Shown here piece after piece: positions 49,502 to 62,258 of a stretch of 64,000 nt of DNA. A model generated the notes under the pieces. It did not search any database. It saw nothing but the letters and a program-made list of their open reading frames with translations, and was not told where the DNA came from. A program made the translations under genes and the position numbers. How positions within the stretch are numbered: position 1 is the stretch's first letter; every line of letters begins with the position of its first letter. The DNA is taken from contig JANJGN010000022.1 in the NCBI GenBank assembly GCA_026770705.1, positions 19,468,001 to 19,532,000 of the forward strand. Reading direction: 5' to 3'. The DNA comes from Isurus oxyrinchus (taxonomy: Eukaryota).

Positions 49502-52500
49502 ACCTGTATGTCTGTGCATATTGTATCTATGTAGTGGAAGTATATTGTGTAATTGGAGCATACTATGTCCCTGCAATATGCGGCTTGTCTTCAATAAATG
49601 CACACCTGCAGGAGACTGTATATATGTTGTGTTTTGGTTTACCTATGTATAGTCCTTGCAACTGGCCACTTAAACAAGAGTAACGGAAAGTTTGGCGAAA
49701 TGTCGGAAAAGGAAAGGGGAAATGTCAATTTTAAAAACCAATTGTAATACTGCCATATCATGTGTAAGGTTTTAGTAGTTGCTGCACTTTAGCCCCTGGT
49801 GGGATTGAATGCTCAATCGCGTGTATTTCCTATTTTTTGGGAGTAGCAACGTGTAACATCCTGGCAAACAGTTGGGAATTTGCAGCTGCGTCGACCCTGA
49901 GCACATAAACAAGCCCCCAATTCTGGCAAGGTCGTTTTAACATTCTGCCAAATAGGTTAATCTGGAGAGAACACAAGCCTTGGTAGGGTGGAGGCAGCAC
50001 ATGCAAGAGAATAGAATTCAACTCCTAAAAGCTTTTAGAGATACGCGATCTGAGAGACATCTGAAGGAGTTGGCGCAAGGACATTATTATCTCAGCGAAT
50101 GGATATCAGAAATGAGACACAAATATGTACTTTCCAATAAACCAAACTGCACACCCAAAACTCATAAAACCCATCCACCTATTTTAATGCACCTAGACTC
50201 TATTGTGATATAATTTTTTGCCACATTGAATTATATCTTTAATGAAACGCTCTCAAGTGGAATAAATAGAAATAGACACCAGTGCAGTCTGAAAGAACAA
50301 AAATTGGTGCTGGAAATCTAAATATTTCCACATAAAATCCTGGAAATATGGGCAGATTAACTTTTTTTCTGGGGGGGGGGGGGGTGGGTGTGAAGAATCT
50401 ATTCATCAGCCTCGGGCCGTTAACCCTGACTTTCTCTTTCAGATCCTGACTAACTTTTGTGGTGTTTTTCCATCGGAGTGCAGAGTTAAAGCTAGCTTTG
50501 TTCAAACATCCCTCATGTAAAGTCATGGTGCAATACGCACTAATGGTTAACAGCCAATTCCGTTTCTTTCTTCTGGGGAAGCGGAGTTAGGACTGTTGCA
50601 GCAGTTCAGGACGTTTCAGGGCTAGTTGGAATGAATCCATAAACACTGAATGTAATTACACGGCTTTTAGACAAAGCAACAGGGGAAAAAAGACCCGCTT
50701 AAATTCAGCACCAACTATTTAATAGTGAAATTTTGCCAATACGTTAATCTTTTCAATGCTGAACATTTTTTTACTTTCCGGTGGGAAAAGGAATCAACAC
50801 ATTTCCATTCTTCTACAATCTCTGAAGTGGAAATTAATTAAAAGTGCTACCGCAGATTGTGCGAGCAGCGCTTGTTGTATTCATACAAAATTGCCCTGTA
50901 TGGAAAATAGGTTTTTGATATGACGGAGTGTCTCAAGATAAACCGATGCTTGGAGTCAAGGTGGTGATTATTACCTTCACAACCTCATTGTGCACATTGA
51001 CCATGCTCAGATAAGTAAATCTTAATGAAAGGGAATTCTGGTGATTTATTGAACAGCTGCCATCAGGTGATAAAAGGTTGGGAAACACCGGTGGCTGAAC
51101 GGGAACCTGGACGGGGATCAGGTATTACTCTCTGATTAATCAACCATAAACCTACTTTGAATGCCTCACTTCCAACGACGGAAGGCGGGGTGGGGGGTGG
51201 ACCCCTTTGTGATCAAAGTGGGCTGCAGGCTCAAAACAATCACTGCCCTTGGATAAACACCATTAGAAGAAATGTGTAGACTACAGCAACAGCAGGGTTA
51301 GGACTGTCTTTGATCTGTTGAAATGGGTAATGTGTGAGTACAATGGCGGTGACCTACCCGTAGCTCCCTGGTGTAATGGGCCGTGTGCTCAGTCCATTAA
51401 ACATGAAAATCATGCATTAAATGAACAGATTTACAACAATAACCTTTCATTTTTCTCATTTGATTCAATTATTATTAATTCCCCCTCGTTCATCATATCC
51501 TCTATTTGTCTGCCGCTTCATTTCTCCATTTCCTATGTTTCCCCGTTACACCAACTCTCTATTCTGTGCTCACTTCTGTTTCCTTTCTGCACTTTGCTTC
51601 CCTTTTCGTACAGGGGTTGCAGAATACTAACAGTACGGAATGGCGGAGGCACTAAGGGAAACGATGTGTGTGTTTGTGGAGGCGGCGCAGAATGTGATGG
51701 CTTTCCGATGTTAGAACTCGACATCCGACTCGGAAAATGGCGTTTAGCTTTGAAAGTGGAAGTTTCCTTTGTACCCAAAGGCGGGTGGGTGCGGGTGGAA
51801 AGGTTGCTCTGTGGTTTTTGTGTTCCATCTGTAAATATTGCCCTATGATCGTCAGATACAATGTGATTGGTGTTCCAGTGTCAGACCAATGTCTGCTGGT
51901 TTTATCTTTTTCACCAATCCACAAGATAGGGTCTCACGACCGGGTAAAATAAGTATGTAAGAAGACTTTGGAGTGAGTTGGGTTGGAAGGGGTTCCAGGA
52001 TTTTTCAGGCTTCATCAGCATGTTGTCCAAAGGTTCATTTCACGAGTGGCCAGGCTTCAGCTGCGGACTGTGAATCATACCTACCAAAGAGTGAAAATTG
52101 AAAAACAGAAATACTGATTGGATGGATTAGCGTTACATCTTTGTAAATGTTCTCTCTACGGTACTGACAACCTCTGTCATTCTAAGATTATGGCAGTTCA
52201 GTGATTTTTCCCACAAAATATTGAAATATAATTGGCATCTGTGGAATAGCCCAATTTTTTTTTTACCCTAGGCATTACTCTTATAGATTACATAGGCCTA
52301 ACATTGGTGCAACCAGTCTTAAAATGGAAGTGTCTCATTAATCCTAACATTAAAATAATGTTTTTTTTCAAAAGTATTGGCAGAGCAGATTAAGCATCTG
52401 AGTGCTTGCTTCTCCCATTTCTTTTTCGTTTTAATATTAAAGATATAACAATTTAGATGGTGAATTCATTTCATTAGAATGGAGAATTAGTTAAATGTGA

Positions 52501-53172
52501 CCCAAGTCTTAAGGACTATGTATCTGAATGCCAAAGATGGTAACTATTAACTAAGTAAATAGATTGCAGTCACTGGAACTCAATTACTGTTTTTATTTAA
52601 AATACAAAACATTTGGGAAATCCAAGGGGCTGATTACAGTAGATCAATTGAAACCTGGTATGGTAATGCAACTGTTGTAATAGAACAGCAAACAGATGCT
52701 ATCCCATGACCAGGGGTGACATATGATAAATATCTTCAATTTCTAGTAAACAGGTTGGCACTAATTGGGTTTGGATATTGACTTATCTAGTCAAAATCAC
52801 ATATGAGAATATTTATTCACAGTTCTCTTAGCTGCCTTTTTCAAACTTTTGATTAAAATGTAACATGCATTACTGTTTTACCAGGATCATCATGGGAAAC
52901 TGCCCAATAACATTTGTAGTTGGAGTAATATTATATCCAAGTAAGTCTGATAACTGGGAACATTCATCAGTATGTGTGTACGGGAATCGTTTCATGAGTA
53001 TGACTCATGATTGGCCAGTGTCCAGAATGTAAGTAAATTCCGAAGTCCTTCTCAAAATCCAGAAAGAACCCACTATATATATAATAATGTACATAATTGT
53101 TTATTAAATGTAATTTTTTCAGGAATAAGATTTATATCATGAGGGTTCTGAAAATAGGAATGACTTCCAGGT

Positions 53173-53410
53173 ATAAAAACAGAAAATGCTGGAAATACTC
53201 ACCAGGCCAGATGGCATCTGAGAGTGGGAAACAATGCTAATGTTTCAGGCTGATGACATTTTGTCAGAACTTACAAAACTGTCCAATTGTAATGAAAGAT
53301 CATCTACTTGAAATGTTCATTTTGTTTCCTTCTCCACAGGTCGTGCCTGACCTGTTGAGTATTTCCAGAATTTTCTGATTTATTTCAAATCTCCAGCATC
53401 TGCATTTTTT
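53173..53410. mobile_element. Older Penelope-derived palindrome with decayed hammerhead cores in both arms
   Basis: Left arm, minus strand: ctgacaa..gtcatcagcct-gaaacatt. Right arm: gtaatga-aagatcatctactt-gaaatgtt. Outer arms are complementary. Confidence 0.7.
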
Positions 53411-54050
53411 CACTTTTGTACAAATAACTTGCAGGTGTTACTTCAAAGGCTTGAATCATCAAAAGGTCATTTGGATGGATTGGACATAAAGAATGATTGA
53501 AAGTGGAACAGTGAAAACTGTGTAATGCATTATTGTGCAGAAGGAAAACGCTGAAGTGGAAGAGCACAAAAACACTTTCCAGCCTGCGTAAAGGATGGGA
53601 TAGGGTACAAGAAATTTATAGTTTATGAAAGCAATGTTTCTGACAGGAAAATTTGGCCTGGGTATTTAGTCATACCTTCCAATTGGCTGACTGGGAAAAG
53701 TATGTGACCATATTAGCAGATTGTCGGAAACTGATGGTAACTCTAGTGTAAAAAAACAGTTAATCACGTCTTATATTTTTTAATGATTGCATTTTACTTT
53801 TGTAAAGTGATGCTAAATTACGGTTACTGTGACGAAGGAGTTTTTTTCATAACCTTGAATCTTGTTGTTTTTCTGTTATTCTTGTAGCATAATTTCCCAG
53901 AGGTTCTGCTCACCTTTGTGAAGTGAGTTAGTGATGGAATCGCTAAAGGTTTCTTTTTCTGCACATTCTGCACTCAAAACTATCAAAATGCCTAACCTGA
54001 AAAATCAAAATAGATTTAATCAAATTTGCAAAAACTTATTCCTGCATTTT

Positions 54051-55142
54051 GACCATAAGACCATAAGACATAGGAGCAGAAATTAGGCCATTCGGCCCAT
54101 CGAGTCTGCTCCACCATTCAATCATGGCTGATAAGTTTCTCAACCCCATTCTCCCACCTTCTCCTTGTAACCTTTGATCCCCATACCAATCAAGAGCCTA
54201 TCTATCTCGGTCTTAAATACACTCAATGACCTGGCCTCCACAGCATTCTGTGGCAATGAATTCCATAGATTCACCTCTTTTTGGCTAAAGAAGTTTCTCC
54301 TCATCTCTGTTCCAAAAGGTCTTCCCTTTACTCTGAGGGTGTGCCCTCGGGTCCTAGTCTCTCCTACTAATGGAAACATCATCTCCATGTCCACTCCATC
54401 CAGGCCTTTCAGTATTCTGTAAGTTTCAATCAGATCCCCCCTCATCCTTCTAAACTCCATCGAGTATAGACCCAGAGTCCTCGAACGTTCTTCATATGTT
54501 AAGCCTTTAATTCCTGGGATCATTCTCGTGAACCTCCTCTGGGCCCTCTCCAGGGCCAGCACATCCTTCCTGAGATACGGGGCCCAATATGCTCACAATA
54601 TTCTAAACGTGGACTGCCAGAGCCTTATAAAACCTCAACAGCACATCCCTGCTTTTATATTCTAGTCCTCTCGAAATAAATGCCAATATTGCATTTGCCT
54701 TCTTAACTACCGACTCAACCTGCAAGTTAACCTTAAGAGAATCCTAGACTAGGACTCCCAAGTCCCTTTGCACTCCAGATTTCTGAATTCTCTCCCCATT
54801 TAGAAAATAGTCTATGCCTCTATTCTTCATACCAAAGTGCATGACCTCACACTTCACCACGTTGTATTCCATCTGCCACTTCTTTGCCCATTCTCCTAAC
54901 CTGTCTAAATCCTTCTGCAGCCTCCCCGCCTCCTCAATACTACCTGTCCCTCTACCTATCTTTGTATCATCAGCAAACTTAGCCAGGATGCTCTCAGTTC
55001 CTTCATCTAGATCATTAATGTATAAAGTGAAAAGTTGTGGTCCCAACACTGCCCATTGCGTAACTCCACTAGTCACTGGCCACCATCCTGAGACAGACCC
55101 CCTTATCCTCGCTCTCTGCCTCCTGCCAGACAGCCAATCTTC
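54051..55142 (-). mobile_element. Young 5'-truncated CR1 LINE with short tandem 3' tail
   Basis: ORFs with KFADDTKIG, WQMEYN and LERAQRRFTRMIPG..RRMRGDLIETY. The 3' tail reads 'gaccataagaccataagacatagg' on the + strand. Confidence 0.95.
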
Positions 55143-55784
55143 TACTTTAGTGCAAGTTCTACATTACAGCATACAAACAAACAGCTTTACATCAGTAGTT
55201 CATGAAAGTTATCGATAGAATGGTCAACATATAAACAAAGCAATGAAAAATCTGCATCAAATTTTATCTTAACCGGAAAGGTCAGAGTGACCAGCTTTAA
55301 TACAGGGTAAAGAGTGTTTATGGAGAAGAGCCAATAGACTTTAAATTGAGGATGTTTTAATGCAATAATAGTTGTAGACAATATAAACTCAAAGACTTGT
55401 CTGAGACACAGCAAGAGTCTAATAAAATTAACATTACATTGGGTTGGAAGCTGATCAAGAAATAAAAGTTTACATTTTTGTATAACCTTATCACATCACT
55501 CACCAATGTATCAAAAAACTTAACTTTCATTATGTAGGTGAACATGGCACATATATTATGCATACAGCATTGTAATGAATGAGCGGTTTATCTGTTTTTG
55601 GTGGCATTCCTTAATGAAAAAACACCAAGAGAGCCCCCGGTTCTTAAAATTATGCCGGATGATTTTCAGTATCCAGTTGAAATGCCACCACATTTGAAGA
55701 ATGATCTCTTTAATAGTACACTTACAGTTTTGTAATGGCAGTCACTTATTACCTGGAAAGTGCAAGTCTATGTGGGGTAGAGCA

Positions 55785-56432
55785 ACAAAGGGATCTTAGA
55801 GTACGAAAACACCAATCATGAAAAGTTTCGCTACAGGTTAGTAAGGCCATAAAATAGCAAACCAAGCACTGGGCTTTATTTCTAGAGGGATTGAAAATAA
55901 AAGTAGGGAAGCTTTGTTAAACCAGTATCGAACCTTGGTTAGACCACACTTAGAGTACTGTATACAGTTCCAGTCTCCATATTATAAAAAGGATATACAG
56001 ACACTGGAGAGGGTCCAGGGATTTACAAAAATGATACCAGAAATATTAGGAAAGGACTAATGGGCTGAGTCACTTTTCTCTTGAAAAAGATGGCTGAAGG
56101 GTGACCTAATAGAGGTATTTAACATTATGAAAGGTTTTGATAGAGTGGATACAGAGAAAATGTTTCCCATTGTGGGGAAGAGCATAACTAGAGGCCATCA
56201 GATAGTCACCAAGAAATCCAAAGGTGATTCAGAAGAAACTTCTTTCACCAAAGACTGGTGTGAATGTGGAATGCATTCCCACAGGGAGTGCTTTAAGCAT
56301 ATAAATGGAAACTAGATAAACATATGAAGGAGATGATTATGATGATAGATTAAATTAGGGAAAATGGGAGGTCGCTAGAGTGGCGCATACACAGCAGCAT
56401 GGACTGGTTGGGCTGAATGGCCTTTCTCTGTG
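55785..56432 (+). mobile_element. CR1 LINE 3' fragment, decayed, apparently nested in a Deu-domain SINE remnant (about 55570-55780 and 56440-56520)
   Basis: LVRPHLEYCIQF, GDLIEVFNIMKGFDRVD, and a 3' end 'ggactggttgggctgaatggcct'. Confidence 0.8.
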
Positions 56433-56809
56433 CCAGAAATTAGTGTCCTGGAGCACAGTTTGAACCCAGAAAACCTTCTGATTCAGAGGTGAAAATATCA
56501 CATGTGAGCAAAGCTGATGCTTAAATATGAAGAGAAGTTAATATTTTAGAATCTAGATAAGCACAAAATCACACTATAGCTGGAATTTAAAGGAATGGAA
56601 AGGCAGTAAGAGAATTATCTCCAGTCCTTTTATTTTTCAGTGGCAATAAGATAGAAAATGTCTTAAAGCTTTATAAAGACTCACAGTACAAGTCTTTGAA
56701 GACTTTGCCATGGCTGAACGAGAAAGCAAGGAAAGAAAGGCCATGAAAAGTTATTGTGAAAGCAAACCCAGAATGGAGATATGAAACAGAATCTGAAACG
56801 GTGAAGTGT

Positions 56810-56940
56810 CGCAATTGGACTCCTATTCTAGGGCAGTGCTACTTCTTGAGGTGTGCACGAGGAAGGAAGTCCTGTCTAGCAGTCCAGGGTACTCTCCTCT
56901 GAGGACAGCAGTGCAGGAAGTGGTGGCCAGGATCAATGTT
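56810..56940 (+). mobile_element. Possible Harbinger Myb/SANT-like ORF fragment
   Basis: LLEVCTRKEVL ... QEVVARIN resembles the helices of Myb/SANT-like domains. Confidence 0.3.
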
Positions 56941-56944
56941 CATC

Positions 56945-57223
56945 TTCTCTGGAGAGGCATAGTCTCAGGATAAGGAGGCGAACATTTTAGCCTAAGATGA
57001 GGGAAAATTTCTTCACTCTTCCTCAGAGGGCTATGGATGCTCAGTTGTTGAGTGTATTCAAGGCTGAGCTAGATGGGTTTGCAGAGTCTAAATGAATCAA
57101 GGGATATAGGGATCAGGTGGGTAAGTGGAGTTGAGGTCGAGGAGCACTCATGATTTTATTCAATGGTGGTGCAGGCTCTATGGGGAATATGGCCTACTCC
57201 TGCTCCTAATTCTTATGTTCTTA
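56945..57223 (+). mobile_element. CR1 3' end fragment
   Basis: 'gagtgtattcaaggctgag...ggcctactcctgctcctaattcttatgttctta' is the reverse complement of the family at 54051. Confidence 0.75.
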
Positions 57224-57374
57224 ATGGTGCATATATTATCTATACATTACTGCAGGATCTGGGAACAAATCAAGAAGATGAAACATTTTAAGGAATATGG
57301 CAATATAATGTGACCCAACAGTACCAACTATTGAGTAGTAGGTCCAGGATTACATACTACAAACTGCACCCTGT

Positions 57375-57534
57375 TGCTTCAAGTTCAAAGACAGCAGTGT
57401 CTTCCTCAGTGTGAGGTCTTTATTGAACTGATGTAGAATGGCAGCTTACAGAGAGCTTACTGCATGGCAGAGGTCGAATGACTACAGCAAGCCAGATAGG
57501 ACATGTAGTACTGTTGCATTTCAAAACCCAAACA
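57375..57534 (-). repeat. Gypsy 3' LTR
   Basis: Direct repeat of 61709-61879, preceded on the minus strand by the polypurine tract aggaaaaggggga. Confidence 0.85.
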
Positions 57535-60500
57535 TCCCCCTTTTCCTAATGAAAAGAAACTTGCATACACGATCATGTGTAATTGAGAGTTACTCATGTT
57601 ACCCACTATACACCCACTATTCTCATGCAATTAACAACCATTTGTTCTATTAGCCAGTCTCTGCACCTACATTGCATACATGGTCTTTAAATCTTGCAGG
57701 TCTCTGAATGGTACATTATCATTGGCTGTTCATCTGGGTGATGTTCCTTGTCTGGAGAGTATTGTTCCCATGGCACTTGTTTCCATGGTAACCATTGTTG
57801 TTCTATTGCCATTGTTGTGGACCCGTGAACCTCCAAGATTGATGGTGGTTCTGTACTCAGTACAACTAGTGAGATCCCTTCTCCCTGACCAGCCGACTGC
57901 GGTGAAGGAACAGTTTCGCTAGTTGTGCATATATGCCTGCGGTTGAGCTGGTATATTTGGTCATTCATTTCCACAGCGTATGATTGACATGACAGTTTCT
58001 CCACACCTGTCCCAAGTTTCTACATGGACTGACTCCTGTGACAGGATTGAAGGTTTGCACCCTTTCTGCTGTTTCACCTTGATTTTTTTCACTCACATCT
58101 GTTACTACTGGTTTCAGTAGTTTTTTTGCTGTTGGAAGAGTAATTTGGGTGTGGTTTTTCTCCACACGAGGATTGCCTTGTATATATCTGTGCTAGATTT
58201 GCTCGATTTCTTTGGCTATTTTCATTGTCGCCTCAGCCTTTCAATTTGACTGGCTTAGTGCGGAGATAAAATGTAATGTTGAATTTTGAAATCCTTTCTG
58301 AAGCGGCTGAATTTTTCACTCATGAACAGAGGGCCATTGTCACTCATCTCAATGAATGCCGTAATGATGGAAGTGTGCTTTCAGGCATTCTATTATTTCT
58401 CCTGTTGTCATTGAAGTTGGTTGGTCTAACTCCCAGTTGTCAGAATAGTAGTCTACATTGACAAGATAACCAGTTCCTGCTATAGTGAAGAGGTCTCCTC
58501 CCAGCTTCATCCAAGGTTTGTTTGCATTTCATGCATCATCAATGACTCTTTAGCTTGTTTAGCTTGGTACTCATTATAAGCATCCCAATGGCTTATGTGG
58601 TCTTCAATTTCATTGCTCATGTTTGGCTAGTAGAGTACTTCTCTCGCCTTTCTGAGACTTAGTTCAATACCTTGATGGCTTGCATGAATTGCTTCAGCAT
58701 CTCTCCTTTCACCTCCGTCGGGATGATCCTTTGTACAAGATGCCATCTTGGGCTGTCAATTCATCTCGATAGGCCCAATATGCTCTTGTGACCACAGGTG
58801 TGTCCTTGATGCTCTTAGGCCATCCTTTCATCACTACTTCTTGTAGCACTTGGAAACTTGTATCTTGTTGGGTAGCTTGCTTGATTAGAGCAAGGCATTT
58901 GTTTGTCAGATTCAATGGCTTTGCTGGGTTAATGACTTCCAGATCATGTCAAGCTGCTGCTTCATATTGAATCTGGAAGATTTCACATTCTGTTGTAGCA
59001 ACCTGAACTTTCTTCATGGGGAGCATACACTCAACAGCATGCCTGTGATGTACATCTGTTTCCCTTGCTTGTATGTCACATCCAGATGATATCTCTGTAA
59101 ATGAAGTAGCAATCCTTGTAGATATTTTGGAGCAGACAGTAGTGGCTTGTGGTTGGACTCTACTGTTACTTTGTCTCTCCCAAGCAGGTATTAATGAAAA
59201 TGCTCACAAGCAAAAACAACAGCCAGACATTCTTTCCGTTCTGAGCATAATGTTTTTCAGTTTGCGTTAGTGCCCTGGATACAAATGTGACTGGTTATCC
59301 TTGCTGCATTAGGGTTGCTCCAAGACCGGTTTCACAGGTGTCACACTGCAAGGTGGCTTCCTCATTGATGCCATAGTACTTCAGCATTGCTTTTGCCATC
59401 CTTAGTTATTTGCTTTTAGTGAGTGCTGCTTCTGGTTCTGTTCCACAACACCACTGACTTCCTTGGCAGAGAGCTTGCATAATGGTTCACACTCTGCCAA
59501 AAAATTGCGTAAAAATTTTGTTAAATAGTTCATGAATCCAACAAATTTTGAACTGCTTTCACATCTGTTGGTCGCTGCATCGCTCTACAGCTCTCACCTT
59601 GTCAGGATCTGGGCAAAGACCTTTTGCTGTCAGTACATGACCTATGTACTTGACTTCAGGCACCTTCAATTGCATTTTTTTATTTTTCAGCTACAGGTTC
59701 ATCTGGCGAGCTCTCTCCAGCAGTCGTATTAAATTCAGATCATGGTCCTACGGCTTCTTCCATTGCATCTCCACAGACTAGTAGATCATCCACTATGGCT
59801 TCCACTCTGGGAAGATCTCATACTGTCTGTGTTGATAAATCTTCTGAAACCATGGAAATGCCAAACGGCATGCACAACCATCTGTATCTTCCATACAGCG
59901 TCCAGAATGTAGTGAGAAAACTGCCGCTTTCTTCCAGCTTCACTTGCCAGTAACCATCCTTTGCATCTAAGGTAGAAAAGATCTTTGCCTTGGTAAGTTG
60001 CAGCAAAATTCCTTTATGGTTGGCATGGCTAGTGAGATCGCTTCAGGGCTTTATTTAGATCCCTTGGGTCTAAGCATACTCGCAGCTTTCCATGTTGTTT
60101 CACTGCTACCATGCTGCTAATCTAGCCTGTAGGAGTTGTCACTTTCTTGATTACTCCTTTCGTCGCTAGCTATTCTATCTTGTATTTTAGGGTTGACTTG
60201 AGGGCAGCTGGAACTCTTCTTGGCTGATGCTGAATTGATCTTACACTCTCATCTACTTCTAAATGATATTCTCCTGGTAGACATCCCAACCCTGTAAACA
60301 CACCTTTGTACTCCTTTAGGATCTGTTCTGCAATCAACGGTATTGTGTGCTGCAACACGTTGTGAATCTCTGCTGGCACGTTCACGGTTACCAGTCCAAA
60401 TCTTAGACTTGCTTCAGCAGAGATGAGTGGTTGTTGCGTCCCATTAATGATCTGGAACTCTAGCTTCTCGTTCTTGCCATTGCATTGGGTTCTCAGACTA

Positions 60501-61708
60501 ACTTGTCCTCTCAGTATGAGTATCGTGCTATCATATAGCCTCAATCTTACTTTCGAGAACTTCATTTTTGGATCGCCATGCTGAGTCATTTTGCTCAGAT
60601 CTGTGTTACATCAGATGTTACATGATGCACCAGTGTCTATATGACATTTCTTGTTCACTTGATGCTATCCTTCTATGGTCATCATTGTAACAGTCACAAA
60701 CTATTTCTCACATATAGATTTTACAGAACCAGCCTGTTGTATTGTGCATAGTGCTTCATCAGACTCTTCTGCTAATATTTCTCCAATGGACATCTGTATA
60801 GGTTTATTCTGCTTCTATAGTGCCAAACAGTTGTGTAAAAAATGATTCAGTTTCTTGTAGTTAAAACATGGCTCTCCTCATGCTGGACAATCTTTCTTTG
60901 TCTTTGTATGATGTCATCTGCAGTATTTGCATCCTGCCCTATGTCTGTCACTATTCTGCTGAATGTCTCTGCACAGTGCATCTCCTGGTCTGCCCTGTCA
61001 TACATGTGCTTTGGTTGACATTTTACAAGCTTCACATTTCTACACATGTCTATCGCTTTCCTGAGCATATGTTTTTCCTCTTTCAGTAGGTTTGCTCTCA
61101 CTTAGGGTTCCCGTAGGCCAAACCCTATTTGATCTTTAATCAAATCATCTTTTAACTGTCCAAATTCATATGATTCTGCAAGTTGTGTTACTGCGGTTAC
61201 ATATTGATTAATGGACTCATTTTCACCCTGAGCTCTAGTGTTGAATACATAGTGTTCATAAGTAATATCCACTCAGGGTTCAAAGCCTGCGTTCAAGAAT
61301 TTCAAAATCTCTGCCATCTGTTTTCTTTGTTCGTCAGTTAGATTTAGGGTGAAATACAATTTGTAGCAGTTCCTCCCCAGCGATGTTGGAAGTTTGGCTA
61401 TTCATATCAGCTCCGGCTTGTTAATTAACTCTGTTGCAAGCTCGTAGTTTTGCCATTGCAAGTGGAAAAACTGCAAGTTCTGCCACATATCACCTTTCAT
61501 TTCTACCAGTGCAGGGATAGGAAAGTGTAGAACCATATTAACTCACCCAGTGTTTGACTTTCAGTCTTTGATTTGAGTTTGCTTTTCCTTCTCCTTTTTC
61601 AGCAGCTTATAGCAGATTTGAACATTTCTGTGTGTCTTTCTGAGCTGTATCTTCTCTGCAGAAATTCTAGGGTTTCAAAATTCTATTGTAATTCCACTTC
61701 TGACACCC

Positions 61709-61879
61709 TGTTTCGAATTCAGAGAGAGCAGTGCTTCTCAGTGTCTTTCTCAGTGTGAGGTCTTTATTGAACTGATGTAAAATGGTAGCTTACAAAGAGC
61801 TTCCCCCATGGCAGGGGTCACATGACTACAGCAAGCCAGATTGGGCATGTAGTACTGTTGCATTTAAAAACACCTATCA
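61709..61879 (-). repeat. Gypsy 5' LTR
   Basis: Followed on the minus strand by GGGTGTCAGAAGTGGAAT, close to the complement of a tRNA-Leu 3' end (PBS). Confidence 0.85.
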
Positions 61880-61954
61880 AACTATTTGATGCTGTGGTTG
61901 TATCAAAATTTCCAAGTGTCACATTGCATCTCATGCACACCTATACCATAGTAG

Positions 61955-62258
61955 AAAGAAAAAAGAAGGAATTTACATCCATGCAATGTCCTTCATGACA
62001 ACAGGATGTCCTAATATACTTTACAGCCAATTACTTCTTGAAGTGTAATGTAGGAAACATGGCAGCCAATTTGAAAACAGTAAGGTTCAACAAATACAAT
62101 GGCACAAATGACCAGCTTATCTGCTTTTATGCGCTGTTGATGAGTGAATGTTGGTTAGGATTCTGAGAGAACTCATCTGCAAATAGTGCCATGGGCTCTC
62201 TGATGTCCACTTACAAGAGCAGATGTGGCCTTAGTTTGCTGTCCCATCTGAAAGACAA
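61955..62258 (-). mobile_element. Deu-domain SINE (SacSINE1/AmnSINE1-like)
   Basis: 'aatagtgccatggg...tgtccac...agagcagatgtggccttagttt...catctgaaagac' resembles the DeuSINE central domain. The tail segment recurs at about 62605-62715. Confidence 0.6.

Larger units (their letters stand above)
57375..61879 (-). mobile_element. Full-span decayed Ty3/Gypsy LTR retrotransposon
   Basis: Direct LTRs at 57375-57534 and 61709-61879 (TG...CA, with AATAAA on the minus strand). PBS-like 61691-61708 and PPT 57535-57547. Minus-strand order is gag, protease IDTGA (about 60625-60640), RT (LDAKDGYWQV, GRY..MPFG, IVDD about 59785-59796), RNase H, then GWP..YWAYRDELTAQDGILYKG and an integrase-like region. Many stops and frameshifts. 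Confidence 0.92.

Noticed and set aside
49232-49652. Overlapping 123-aa and 132-aa ORFs sharing a peptide on opposite strands
   Set aside because: Artefact of the DNA palindrome, not genes
51310-51848. 176-aa hydrophobic ORF and a tRNA-like 'tccctggtgtaatgg' motif
   Set aside because: TTG start, composition driven by a pyrimidine-rich tract, and no cloverleaf or B box found
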